Shown in pieces: positions 37,501 to 50,674 of a stretch of DNA of 64,000 nucleotides; the stretch's first letter is position 1, and the number at the start of each line of letters is the position of its first letter. The translations under genes were made by a program, and so were the position numbers. This stretch comes from Camelus ferus (lineage: Eukaryota), in contig NC_045697.1 of assembly GCF_009834535.1 (NCBI RefSeq), positions 113,152,001 through 113,216,000 of the forward strand, read 5' to 3'. Under the pieces are notes generated by a model. That model searched no databases, had not been told where the DNA came from, and saw nothing but the letters and a program-made list of their open reading frames with translations.

Positions 37501-38575
37501 TAAACCAGTCATAAAAACACAAATACTATGTGATTCCACTTATATGAGCTACTTAGAGTAGTTAGTCAAAATCATAGAGAAAGAAAGGAGAGTGGTGGTT
37601 GCCTGGGCTGGAGGAGGAGACAATTGAAAATTACTGTTTAATTGGTATAGATTTTCAGTTTCACAAGATGAGGAGTGTTTTGCAGATGGTGGTGATGGCT
37701 TCATCGAACTGCACACATATAAGATGGTTAAGATAGTAAATTTTCTATTATGTCTATTTTATCACATAAAAAGCAAATCAAAAATTTGATAAATAAAATA
37801 AAAAGTGGCAAAAGGCAAGAGATGGAGAAATGTAACACATCATGCTAACACTAATAGAAATAAGGCAGTCTTAACTATATTAATTTCAGACAGAGAAGAC
37901 ATCAGAGCAAGGACAGTTATGAGGGCAAAGGAGGCATTACATAATAATAGAGGGGTTATTACATAATAATAATTATGTAATATGTATTATTACATAAACA
38001 ATATCTCTAAGAAGATATATCAATTTTTAATGTGTACACACTTAACAAAATATGTGAAGCAAAAATGTATAGAACTACAAGGAGAAAGAAATAAATCCGT
38101 TATTATAGTTGGATACTTCAAGATTCTTCTATTAGGAATGGACAGAAACAGTAAGCAAAAAATCGGTAAGGACATAGGAGAATTCAACAGCACCATCAAT
38201 CAACTGGATTAAATTGACACCTATTGCCTACTTGATCCAACAACAGCAGACTACACATTCTTTTCAAGCTCACATGGAACATTCACCATGATAGACCACA
38301 TTCTGAGCCATGGAGGGAAAAAGAAACCTTAACAAATTTAAAGCAACAGAAATCATTCAATGTCTGCTCTGAGACCAAAACGGAATTCAGCTAGAAGTCA
38401 ATAAAAGAAACATAGTTCAAAAATCCCCAAATACTTAGAGATTAAGCAACATAATGCCAAGTAACACACAAATTAAGGAAGAGAGGTATAAGAGTTCTTT
38501 ACATATTCTGGGTACTAGTCCTTTATCAGGTTCATGCATTGCAAATATCTTCTCTCATTTTGTGAGCTGCCTTTC
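34540..38575 (+). mobile_element. Composite of old L1s: 5'UTR/ORF1/ORF2-endonuclease region (~34690-38485, +) interrupted by an L1 3' end (~36917-37803, +), flanked by antisense L1 pieces (34540-34690, 38486-38575)
   Basis: ORF1-like MQEWMDNVSREMEIIRKN... (35446-35796); endonuclease-like sequence from ~36760 breaks at ~36915 and resumes at ~37811 (YVKQKCIELQGERNKSVIIVGYF). Confidence 0.85.
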
Positions 38576-38584
38576 CTAACTTTA

Positions 38585-38643
38585 TTTTATTATTATTTTT
38601 TAACATTTTTTATTGAGTTATAATCATATTACAATGTTGTGTC
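38585..38643 (-). mobile_element. 59-bp extreme 3' L1 tail
   Basis: TSD TCCTAACTTTA at 38574-38584 and 38644-38654. Confidence 0.75.
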
Positions 38644-40446
38644 TCCTAACTTTAAAATATAAGGAAAACTGATATAAGAAGCACTTGAATTATCATCAAA
38701 ATCTTATTTCATTTTCACAATAATTTCTAAAGGGGAGAAAAAGTATAGAAGGTTGGAAGAGAGATAATATTTGAGAACCTGCTCTGTACTAGAAATTGGA
38801 TATATGTTACCTCATTTGATCTTCAAGAAATATCTTCCAAGTAGCCTCTTTTACCCTCATTTCACACACAAGGAAACTGAGGCTCAGATTAAACAGCATT
38901 CTAAACTCACTTGAGCTAATAAAGGGCAAAGCAGAGATTTAATTGCATGTTTGACTCTGAGGCTCGTGCCAGTTCCAGTCTATCTGATTACCTTGTTCAT
39001 TTTCTAAACGTGTCTACACTTGATCAGAATAAAATTATCCAGATGATTACTGTTTGCCCTTAATGAGAAAATTCTGTGCGATGCTTCAGCTTCTTCCAGT
39101 GAAAGCTTCAGCGTTTATGCTCATAAGCATTCACTGGGTAGGCACAACATACCCCCTCGAGACAAAACCACAGCTCTGCGGTCTCGTACTGAAGTCAGAC
39201 TTTGCATTTACAACATCTACTCCGAAGTGAGAGAGAAGAGAAAGATGTGTTGATTAAAACTGTCTCTTGGGAATATTGCATTAACGTATGTATCTGATTC
39301 AGTCTTTTGCCAGATGCTTTTCTTTGTACATTATCTTGTGATATTACAAGTGAGTAAACCGATGCCCGTAAGACGTGGTAAGATTCAAACCTAGAGCCAC
39401 GTGATTTCAACATCCATGGATTTTCTTCTATTCCTTTAAACCAGTGAACAATGGGAAAACACCATACAGCTGACTGATTTCGCCTGTGTTCCATGTAATC
39501 CACATGCCTGTTGTGAAGTGAGTGAAAGCAATGAAGCAAAATATTGTGCTTTTCCCAAAAGGCAAGAAAGAAAAAAAAGGTGTGACTAACTTGTTTTCCT
39601 TGGTTTTGTTTTTAATTTTAAGCTAAATTTTACTAGTTGTTGAGGCACCTGCTTCTTTATTTATGTATGACGCATGCACGTATAATGTACGTATGTGTAT
39701 ATATATATATGTATTCATCTTGAGTCTTGGTGTTTTATGGCTTTTTAAAAAATTAATGAAACAAGTGAGTGTTCATATCACTTTCTCTAGCTCCACCTGT
39801 TTTGGTTTGCTGCTGATTTCCTTTTGGAAGACTCTTTTGGAGACTACTTGATCTATCTTACTAATGCATTCCCGCTAGGCAGTATCAAATAGACTTTAAT
39901 AATAATAATAGCTGTCAGATATAAAGCCCTTATCTCTTGGGTGCTTACCGTAAGTTATCTCTAAGTCACATGTCACATTTGTGTCACTGTTTTCATTAAG
40001 GCCCACAGAGGTTCTATGACTTAATCAAAGCCACGTGGTAGCAAGTGGTAAATCCCAATGCAGGCATGTCCCGCTCCGAAGCCCATCAACTCTGTTCTAT
40101 AACACAACACCCAGCCCTTTATGGGCATTGAGTTTACCAAAGGCCTAACCAATGGCAGGGGACAACCACAGAAGTAAGGCTCAGACAAGAGTTCCAGGTC
40201 ACCTGCCACTGCCATCATCCCTGCAACAAGCACTGCCTGTTACAGGCACAGTGTGTTCATAATTAGGCATAAAATTATATCAAAATCTTACAGTGTTGAA
40301 TTGTTGTATTAGCACCAAAGCAACTTAAATTTTGTAGACACGTGGGATGTAGGTAAAATGTAACCTTTGCTTTCAAGGGGTGATTTTAATTGAAGGAAAA
40401 GACAGGCAATGCTTGCTGTACGCCAATCTCTGATGCACCACAAAAG

Positions 40447-40566
40447 TTAGGGTTAAGGTTATGGTTAAGGTTAGAATTAAGTTTAGGGTTAAAGTTAGGG
40501 TTAAGGTTAAGATTAGGGTTAGGGTTAAGGTCAAGTTTAGAGTTAGGGTTAGGGTTAAGGTTAGGT
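40447..40566 (+). repeat. Degenerate (TTAGGG)20 interstitial telomere-like array
   Basis: 20 in-register hexamers: 7 TTAGGG, 5 TTAAGG, 8 other variants. Confidence 0.92.
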
Positions 40567-41679
40567 TCAGCACTCTCATTTGAAAAATGAGATTAGATTA
40601 ACTAATATCTAATATAGATATAAGTTCCAATATTATGTGATTCCTTTAAGTAAATCTAGGAATGAGTTAATAAAATATGAGAGCTGTTCTGGGACTATTT
40701 ACAATAAAGTACTCTGCCTGTAACAGGTCCTGTAAGAGGAAGTCTCCTGAAAAATAAAGAGAGGCATGGTTTAGCCAAGTAAGACGGAAGCCTGTGCCGT
40801 GCGACAGCCGAGCAGAGAAGATGCAGAGACTGAGGTAGACTCGGGGAGAGTGTGGAGGCGCTGATGAGGGGAATGCACTTGATTTCCAAAATGGACAATA
40901 TTTTTAAAGGTCACAGAAATGATATTTTGCAACTGAGAACAGAACAATATTTAGAAGTTGTATTTGGGTGTGAATGAAGTTGCACAGAGGAAAGCCAATT
41001 GACCAAACTGACACAAGACACAGATGGGATGTGATGTGGGCTGTGCTAAGAATAGGGTCTCAGAGGCCAGGAGCTGTGGTCAGGGTCAGGGATAGAGAGA
41101 AAACTGGCAGTCAGTAATATTTAAAGGACTACAGTGGCCTATCTTTCCGATCAAAGTTTTGAAATTTGAAGACATTCCATTAATACTAATGCAACGCGAT
41201 GACAAACAATAATAACATGGCAATAAAACCACCTCACTCTGAATGGAGGAAAGGGGCTGCGGACAAAGAAATCCTTCATCATCAGGTGACTAGTAACAGA
41301 AGTTGTTCCGTGAAGGCTATACATGGATAGCCTTCACAAAAGCAATGGCTGCCAAGGGAGCCCTCAGTGCCTCACAGCAAGCTCTCAATGAGATGGTGTC
41401 ATCATCTTGCAAAGGAGCCAAGTGCAGCTCACGGAGATTACAGACCATCCCTCCAAAGCCCCAGATCACAGTTAGTAATTCCCAGAAGGTGAGTTTGATC
41501 CAACCTCTGGGTGACTCCAGAGCATGTCTGCGTGAACCCTGTATGGCTCCCTGGCCCACTCACAGCCAAATGGAAATTTTAAAAATTACATACTTGGCTT
41601 TCAGCTTAAGCAGCTTCATACAACTGGTCTTTTTTTTTTTTTTTTTCAGTCTCAAGATACTATGGTTAGCCTATATTTA

Positions 41680-41833
41680 TTTTATTTTTTAAATGTTTGA
41701 TTTTGGAGGGGGAGGTAATTAGATTTATTTATTATTTTTTTAATGGAGGTACTGGGGATTGAACCCAGGACGTCATGTATGTTAATCACACACTCTACCC
41801 CTGAGCTATGTGCTCCTTCTTACTCCCTGCCCC
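41680..41833 (-). mobile_element. Vic-1-like SINE
   Basis: 15-bp TSD GTTAGCCTATATTTA at 41665-41679 and 41834-41848. Confidence 0.93.
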
Positions 41834-41871
41834 GTTAGCCTATATTTAATACTAAATAAGAACACAAGGCA

Positions 41872-41984
41872 GGGGGTGTGGGGCATAGCTCAGTGGTATA
41901 ATGCATGCTTAGCATGCATGAGGTCCTGGGTTCAATCCTTAGTACCTCCAGCAACCAAAGAGGAAAAAAAAAATACTTAAAAAA
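41872..41984 (+). mobile_element. Vic-1-like SINE (short form)
   Basis: 14-bp TSD AAGAACACAAGGCA (41858)/AAGAGCACAAGGCA (41985). Confidence 0.93.
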
Positions 41985-44559
41985 AAGAGCACAAGGCAAG
42001 TTTTTTTAAAAAGTGCAATTTTTTACAAGGAAATACCATTTTCCTGTTTAAATACTTCTTCAGGGAAAATTGCACCTGAATATATTTAAGTAAATTATTA
42101 TTAAACATTTTGAATAAAATTAAAATTTTAAATTAAATAGCCATGATTAATATTCTAAATACCTCAGCATTACTAGAGTGTATTAGAAAAAAAGTCAGCC
42201 AAATAAGAAAAATGGGGGGAAAATAAAGTAAGCTAAAAATGCTAGGAACTGTGTATTAGGTTTCATTTCAGTCTTATTTAAACATTTTCCTTTTGAAGAA
42301 ATCACACACGTGGCACTTTGAAAATATTTCAATTGCTCCTGGTTTTGAAGTCATCCTAACACTTCTTTTACTTATTTTTCATGCTTTCTATAGTTTGGAC
42401 ATAATATTCCCTTCCCAGCCAGCTCTGCCTGAACCAACACTACAGTAGTCTTGGCTGGAGAGTAGGTAAGGAAAGAACAGCAGACTCTAAAGTTAAGAAT
42501 TTATATCCAACTTTTTAGTTGAGTATCCTCACCTCACCATCAGTGTATCTGGGAAGTGGATAAATGGATCTCATCAGCAAGAGGTCATAGCAGTGCCGCT
42601 CCATTCAACTAACATTTAATGCATAACCCAAGCGGTCCAAGTTCTGTGGAAGATGCTGGTAGTAAAAAAAGACTTACTCTTGACAAGCATTGTGTTCAAT
42701 GGGACAGAAATGCATCATTTTAACATGGAGCAGATGGAGTGTAACGTCCACCTGCCCACCCTCAAGGTGTGTAGTCACAGTTTTCTGGGAGCCACTTCAC
42801 TCAGAACTGAGGGAAGCTTCCTGAAGACACCTGAAGCAAGCCTTGACAGTGATAAGAGCCTTAGCGGCATGAGGTCCACTATGAGAAGACAAGCAAAATT
42901 ATAGAGAATCGTCATCTGGCCAGGTCATAGAGCATACAATAGGATTATTGGAACGTTTCTGCTTTTTTTTCCCTTTGCCTAGGTTATACATAATTTATGC
43001 ATTTGAAACAAAAGTTATCTTTAAGCATGTAATAAGAACAAGAGATGCTTCAGCTGAGAAAGGAGCTGACATTAATCAAAGACAAATGGAAACAAAGTGT
43101 CAGCTGATGTTCATAGCTCTGGAGAAATAACAAACATATCCAAGGGTCCTACTTCTTTTTAATGCGTTTGGTTCCAAGTTCAGTCGTTTATGGGATGTTT
43201 CTTCCTTGGAGTCCTCTGTTGTCACATGAGCAGGACGAGGGCGGTGGTGGAGACTCAGGAGTTTGTTAAATACTTTGAGGCGGATTGAGGAAGACGTGGT
43301 GTTATTGTGGCTACCCATGGTGTAAGTTACAAATTCAAGGGTGGGACGTAGATGTGATACCCAAGTGCACGTTCACTGGCTTTAAGCAGAGATTCCTTTA
43401 TATTCAAACCGTCAGTTTGGGGAACAGAAGCTGGTTTCCAAGGCAGGTGAAGAGGTTCCCTTGGGAGTGTCTGTGGAAGGCAGCTATTATTATTTCTAAT
43501 AATCCTGACTCTACTGACACAAGTATTTCATTCTAGTTTGCCATGCAAGTCTCTTTGGCTGCCAAATAATAACCAAATAAACTAAGTGGAGATCCAGTGA
43601 GCATAGCCCCGAAAGTGAGTTGCAGTAGGGATTCCTCGTTGTATGATTGACTCCATATTAGGGCTCAAGAAATATCACAGCCTACTCCTCTCCCTGCTGT
43701 TACATTACCTGACAAATGGCCATTTGCACAAGAAGATGGTGCCTCAGAAGGAGCACAAGAGGTCACTTCCAGTGTCGCTTAAAGCCTGGCACTAAATCCA
43801 ATAAAGTCTGCCTTCATTCTTGTCCTTAGTGAATCCACCACTGCTTGTTCCCTAGCACTTCCTTGACCTGATAACTTTTAAGATGAAAATACTTCGTATT
43901 TAAATAATGTTTTGCAGCTCATAAACCACTTCTATGCAGTTTGCTTTATTTAGATACTGCTGACAACCCTTCGTACTAGACAATTATTTGGGAAACCAAG
44001 ATTGAAAGAGGAAGAGAAGTAAGAGGTATTTATGCCTACTGGCCTTTAAAAAACCCCTCTGGGTTTCAGAGGGACACCTGTCCCCATTTTATAGTTGAAA
44101 AAACTAGAAGTTTAAGTAACATTGAAGGTCATAAAGCTAGTAATTGGTAGATCTGGAACTTGAAATCAATTTTTTGACTCTTTGGAGTAGTTATCAACAT
44201 GAGTGATGATCAGAGTCACATATTTTTAATTTTAAATTCACATTTCTCATCTATATCCCAGATTTCCTTGGGACTAAGGAAGCAGACGTGAACTTTGAAA
44301 GCTTTTGCAATTTTTTATGATGTGATATCCTGGTTAAGACCCACTGCTTCCTCATGTGCTTCTTTATTATAAATTATCTTCTCAAACTAGACTTAGATCA
44401 TCAAGAATCATTCACCATCTTTTAAAAATGATTCTTGATTTAACTACATTTAAACATCTTGCAAGGATTCTGATCATCAACTTGACCATTAATAATTATG
44501 AAACTTGACTAAGAGATATCCAGTTTTTTACTAGCCTGTAATACCCTCAGTATGTTTTT

Positions 44560-44703
44560 TTTTAAACTTTTATTTTCTATTGAAGTTAGTTTACAATGTT
44601 ACAGGTGTATAGTGAAGGGATTCAATTATACATCTATTCTTTTTTCAGACTCTTTTCCATGATAGGTCATTACAAGCTATCGAATATAATTCCCTGTGCT
44701 ATA
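44560..44703 (-). mobile_element. Short L1 3' tail
   Basis: TSD CTCAGTATGTTTTT at 44546-44559 and 44704-44717. Confidence 0.85.
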
Positions 44704-44759
44704 CTCAGTATGTTTTTGTATTATAATTACTTAAAACATCTTAAGCACATACAAAGTTG

Positions 44760-46200
44760 TAGCAGTGAAGACAATATTGGTGCAGAAATAGACAAAACAC
44801 AGACAAAAGCACCAATGGAATAAAAGGGAAAATCTAAAAACAGGGATCCACACTGAATTAAATGAGTATATATTTGGGTACGTAAAATGAGCACCAAATT
44901 CATGATCATTATTATTGTTGTTGTAGTTGGCAAGAGTTTTTCTACAGAATAGTGAGTGATGTATGGTCTTTCAACATAGTTATGAGGCAATCCAGGAAGA
45001 AGTTAGTAAGAAGCTACAAAGCTTCAGTTCTATCATGATTTAAGTGTGTGGATCTAATGTCTAACATGATGACTACATTTGATAACAGTGTAGTGAATAA
45101 CTGAAAATTGCTAAGAAAGTAAGACTTAAATGTTCTGACAAGAAAAAAGAAGAAATATTCGAGGTGATGAATGTGTTAATTCTCTGGGGGAGTCCTTTCA
45201 CAATGTATGCATGTATTAAATCATCACATTGTGCACTTTAAATATCTTTCAACTTTATTTGTCAATTATATGTCAATAAAGCTGGGGAAAACAACAAAGT
45301 CCTTGAATATAGATTTTATAAAAACTATTGTTAAGAAGAAGGAAATACTCTGAGAAAAATGGGCAAAATATTTGAACTTCACAAAAATAGGAGATTGTTG
45401 CTTAACATCTAAGAGGGGTTCGGTGTCATTAGTGGTCAGGAAAAGGTGAATTAAAACTACAATAAAATACCATTATACACCCATAAGTTTGACCAAATAG
45501 TAATAGTATGAGGTCTGCTGGCAGGGGTGTTAATAAGACCAACTTTGGAAAACAACCTGGGATTAGCTAGTAAAGTTGAAAGAATGCACATTTTTTCTCA
45601 TCCTACAGTTTGAACCCTAAGCTAGAACTTGTGAAGTTTCTTGTCCATGTGGAACAGAAGACATTAAATGTGAAAAATGTCTGTAGCATCATTGCCCTTA
45701 ATTATCCCAAACTGGAAACAATCCAAATGTCCAATTAGAATGGATAATCATAATATTGTCATAGATTAGACTATTTTCTAGCAACAAAACAAAATAAATT
45801 CTGTCTCCATTCCAAACCTTCCACAGATAATATTGAATAAATGAAACTAGACAAAAAATATAATACATTTTGTATGATTCCACTCATAAGAATTTTTTTT
45901 TAAAAACCCACAAAGCTAAACTATATTTTTTGGGATTCACATGTATTTGGGAAAACCACAGAGAAAGTGTTACTATAAAATCAAGGCGATGGTTCTCTCC
46001 AGCAGGAGAGGAAAGGAGTGGAATCTGGAAGAGGCACCCACACAGTGAGGTGGAGGAATTCTTGGTGAGCAGAGTATTTTATTTCTCATTCTGGGTGCTG
46101 GCTTTGCAATTTTTCATTATGCTCTTCCATTACGCTTCAGATGTGCAATTACCCTGTATGTGTATTCTAGTTTACACTTTTGAAAAGACTTTAAAAAGAC
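44760..46200 (+). mobile_element. Old L1M remnants, including an L1MA-like 3' end at ~45020-45290
   Basis: ...GCACTTTAAATATCTT..TTTGTCAATTATATGTCAATAAAGCTGGGGAAAA tail and degenerate ORF2/3'UTR motifs (AAACTGGAAACAATCCAAATGTCCA). Confidence 0.7.
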
Positions 46201-48400
46201 TGCTTAGGCAGGAAAACCTGATATAAATACCCTCAAATTTGAGTATCATAAGAATTTGGGGTTAGGAAATGGTAAGGAGAAATCCATTGTGGGTTTACTG
46301 GGGAAACGGTACACATACGTGTAATCGTTAGAACCCGTCCACTGGGCTACCAGTGTGTCGTCCTGTGGTAGGGAGTGGTTGGTGATTCTCGACCTGCTTT
46401 TTCAGCTCAAATAAAATTTTCAGACAATGATCTCTAGCCTTCAGAGAATGACAGTACAGCTGTGCTGCTGGGGAACGCAGCCATGAAGCCCCCGCAGGTA
46501 CGGCATGGGGACTGAGATTTTAATTAATCAGCATGTTTATTTTGCTGGCAGTAATCCTCCCACCACTTCCCACATCCAGAGTCTAATTTTACTATTTCTG
46601 TGGAGAACAATATTATCTTCCCCCCAAGACCTCTCCTTTCTTTTCTTGCTGTCTCGGGTCATTAGGAAAGGGTTGTTACCTTTCACAAGAATCTGACAAA
46701 AAAAAAAAAAAAAAAGATAAACCAATGGATTCTTATTAAAAATACAAAAAAGAAAACGAGATGCAGCATGGCAACAGATTTGGCCATAAAACCAGGAACA
46801 CGCTCTGTCAAGACTAAAACATATTTACACATTAAATGAGAGAATTACGAACGAGCGCACAGAAAACAGAGCTATCCCAACAGTGTAAATGGAAACCAGC
46901 CCTTATCTCATTTCACACAGAATCCTTCATCCTCCCATCCAGGGAAATAGAGAAGAACGCCATTACAAATAGAAGTGCTCTTCCCAGCACCTCTGGGTCT
47001 CTCCTTCTTGCCCAGAGACGTGTTCCCTTTTGAATTCTGATTAATGGGTCATGGTCCCGACAAACCAAACAGAAGATGATGGCTTCTCTGAAATGAGAGT
47101 GGTTTTGAGCTTTTCAACCCCGTGTCTCAGCCAACACTCATTTGTCACTTGACATCTGTCAAGTGACTGATATGTATTATTTCCCTTAATCCTCATGCAA
47201 TTTCATGAAATCGGGAACAGCGTGCCCCCCACTCCACCAAGGAGGTAACTGAGCTTACAGAAATTGAGAATTTTGCACACAGCACACCAGTGCTCAAGGA
47301 AGCGAGAAGTTAATCCTGGGAGCCTGATTCCAGGGGCTCCAATTTAAAGATGCTCACTAGACCAGTGTCCTTAAGAACAGCCTCCTTAACAGCCTGGAGA
47401 AATGATGGCAGATTTCAGAAGCACAATATTTACTCCATAGAGAAATGATATCCGTGGAGAGCCTAGCACATGTGATAAAGAATCAGAAACATTTCTAGGA
47501 GCCTGCATCACTGGAAAGACTTTCATTTATTTGTAAAGCTATCAAACCTTCCTGTTGTCTTGTCTGTGACCCGCCTCCCCACCCCCCACCTGTGTTCCCC
47601 TGTCCCTCGGTCATACTTCTCACATTATACTGTCATTGGTTTATCTTTTCCTCCTCTCCACTAGATGTTGAGGACAATTAAAGCCAGGAACTTCTAATTC
47701 ACCTGTCCTCACTGCCTCACGCAGGATCTGGAATACAGCAGACATGATAAACATTTATGGAACCATGGACTAAGAAATAATATAGCCCTTGTGTTTATTA
47801 AATGCTCCTGTGTCTTCGGTACTGTCGGACATCATTTGTGTGCATTATCTTTTATTCCTCACAGAATTTAATGGGGTGAAATACTCGTATTAGTCTTATC
47901 TTTAAGCATGTAATATTAGGCTTAGGTTTTAACCGCAGATGACTTGCTCAGGGTCATATCAATAGTCATGGTGAAACCAGAATCCAAACTCAGGGCTGTC
48001 TGATTCTGGAAACTTCCCTCTCAAACTCTGCACTGCCCTGTTCTCATGCCTTAAAATGAGTGACCTTTATTAGAAAAAGTTAGTCATGTTAAGTCTCTTT
48101 TGACTTGTTGACCATCTTCACTGTGTAGGTTAGTATGTATAAATATGCCTCTTGAAATAGCTTTAATTTCCTGGATGGATGATTCTTTAAGTGTTAGACC
48201 CTTCAACCTCATTGGGACCCTCCCCCATAACTGGATGTGCAGAGAAATTAGTGATACTTCTTCTTTCTGGAGGGTAAATACGGAAGGGCTGAGCGATGAA
48301 CATCCCTGCCAACTGCCTGCATGTTAGATACCAAGATAGAGAAGCAGTGGTGACAGAAAACACAAGTTATTCTGAAATGCAGTCACTTCATTTTTAATAG

Positions 48401-49222
48401 TTCTTTTTTCTTTTTTTACTGAAGTATGGTCAGTTTATAATGTTGTGTAAATTTCTGGTGTACAGCATAATGTTTCAGTCATACATATACATACATATAT
48501 TCATTTTCAGATTATTTTTTATTATAAGTTACCACAAGATATTGAATATAGTTCCCCATGCTATATAGAAGAAACTTGTTTGTTTACTTTATATATAGTA
48601 GTTAGTACCTGCAAATCTCAAACTCCCAATTTATTCCTTTCTACCCCCTTCCCCACCCTGTAACCATAAGTTTGTTTTCTATGTCTGTGAGTCTGTTTCT
48701 GTTTTGTAAATAAGCTTATTTGTGTCCTTTGTTTAGATTCCACATATGGGTGATATCATATGGTATTTTTCTTTCTCTTTCTGGCTTACTTCACCTAGAA
48801 TGACATTTCCCAGGGCCATCTATGTTGCTGGAAATGACATTCTTTTATTCTTTTTTTCTGAGTAGTATTCCATTGTATAAAATTACCACAACTTCTTTAT
48901 CCAGTCATCTGTCAATGGACATTCGGGTTGTTTCCATGTCTTGGCTATTGTAGATAGTGCTGCTACGAATACTGGGTGCAGGTGTCTTTTTGAATTAAAG
49001 TTCCCTCTGGATACATGCCCAGGAGTGGGATTGCTGGATCATATGGTAAGTCTATTCTTAGTTTTTTGAGGAATCTCCATACCTTTTTCCATAATGGCTA
49101 CACCAAACTACATTCCCACCAACAGTGAAGGAGGGTTCCCTTTTCTCTATGCCCTCTCCAGCTTTTATCATTCATGGACTTTTGAATGATGGCCATTCTG
49201 ACTCGTGTGAGGTGACACCTCA
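48401..49222 (-). mobile_element. 5'-truncated younger L1
   Basis: ORF2 C-terminal motifs ([23 protein letters not shown]) and TSD CATTTTTAATAG at 48389-48400 and 49223-49234. Confidence 0.93.
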
Positions 49223-50110
49223 CATTTTTAATAGCTCTGATTGTCCTCAAATACAACCTCTGCTTATTTAAGGAAACCGAGCATGATGCAAAGAATACTC
49301 TCCTTTGAGAAAAGAACAAAATCATTCCTGTTAACCATTTGGAACATGATACGAACGTTGTGGGTTGGCTCCATCTAACCTGGGACATTTTTATTAAAGT
49401 TAACTTTTTTCTATATCATATACTCTAGATTTTTTTTTTTAAGGAGAAATTTCAGGAGCCTTACCAGAGCTGTGTGAACAATTTCACACTTCAAGCAAGA
49501 GCTTGGGGAAAACATCAAACCATGTATTTAAAATAGATACCAAGAGAGAAACCAGTTGTTCTGGAATTTTTTCAAAATTTAGTCACAATAATGTGGAATT
49601 TTGAGAAATATAAAACAGTCTTCTCTAAAGTGATAACACTCAGAAGGGCAAGGGGAACGCTCACCGAGAATTGCGCATCCTTAGCATTTTAGGGATTCTA
49701 GGGTGAAATCACTCCTGCAGATAACACCAGTGAAATTGTGATTTTGTCAAACTATTGCACAGGACTTAGCAAGGGCTGCTGTTGTTTTGCTTTGCACTCT
49801 CCTGTCGACTTCCCATTCAAACAATAACAGCAAGAAAACAAAAGAGAATTAAGGACAGTCCTTCACGAGGAAGGATTGAATTAGGAAGGCAAAAATTAAA
49901 CCACTTCCTCTGGGAGCTGGTGAATTACCTACAATCGGGGATACTGAAGCCGAGAGCTGACCACCACTGGTCAGGATATGGAGGACTAGGTCATAGTTAC
50001 CCAAGGTCTTTTCTCGCACTTGGAAGTCTGTGATTCTCTTGTTCATTTGTGCTCCAGGCTTCTACCCTCCTGTCATGACATTCTTCTATACTCCCTTGAC
50101 TTCACCTTTT

Positions 50111-50674
50111 TTTGTTGCTGTTGTTAATTGAAGTATAGTCAGTTTACAATGTTGTGTCAGTTTCTGGTGCACAGCATCATGTCTCAGTCATACATATACA
50201 TACATTTATTCCTTTTCAGATTCTTTTTCATTATGGATTACTACAAGATATGGGGGTTGTAACTCAGTAGTAGAGCACATGCTTAGCATCCATGAGATCC
50301 TGGGTTCAATCCCTAGTATCTCCGTTAAAAAATACATAGGTACGTTGAGAGTTTGAGATTTGCAGGTACCAACTACTATATATAAAATAGATAAACGACA
50401 AGTTTCTCCTGTAGAGCACAGAGAACTCTATTCAACATCTTGTAGCAACTTATAATGAAAAAGAATATGAAAAGGAATATATGTGTGTATATGTATGACT
50501 GAAACTTGATGCTGTACACCAGAAATTGACACAACTTTGTAAACTGACTATACTTCAATTAAAAATAAAATAACATAAAAAATAAATACATAAATAAATT
50601 AAAAAACCTAATTAACTTCCCCTTCAAAAATAAAATCAGAGTATATTAAAAAAAGACATGAAGATGAACATTGT
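50111..50674. mobile_element. Nested L1 tail(-) / SINE(+) / L1 tail(+) composite
   Basis: Outer TSD CTTGACTTCA(C/T)CTTTT at 50095-50110 and 50675-50690; SINE head ~50252-50330 separated from its tail (~50593-50650) by an L1 3' end. Confidence 0.85.

Noticed and set aside
40373..40590. LTLTLT and LGLRLGL repeat ORFs
   Set aside because: Translations of the telomere-like hexamer array
46405..46497. Exon-like segment (TTTTTCAG acceptor, CAG|GTACGG donor)
   Set aside because: No linked exons or recognisable product; such site pairs are common by chance
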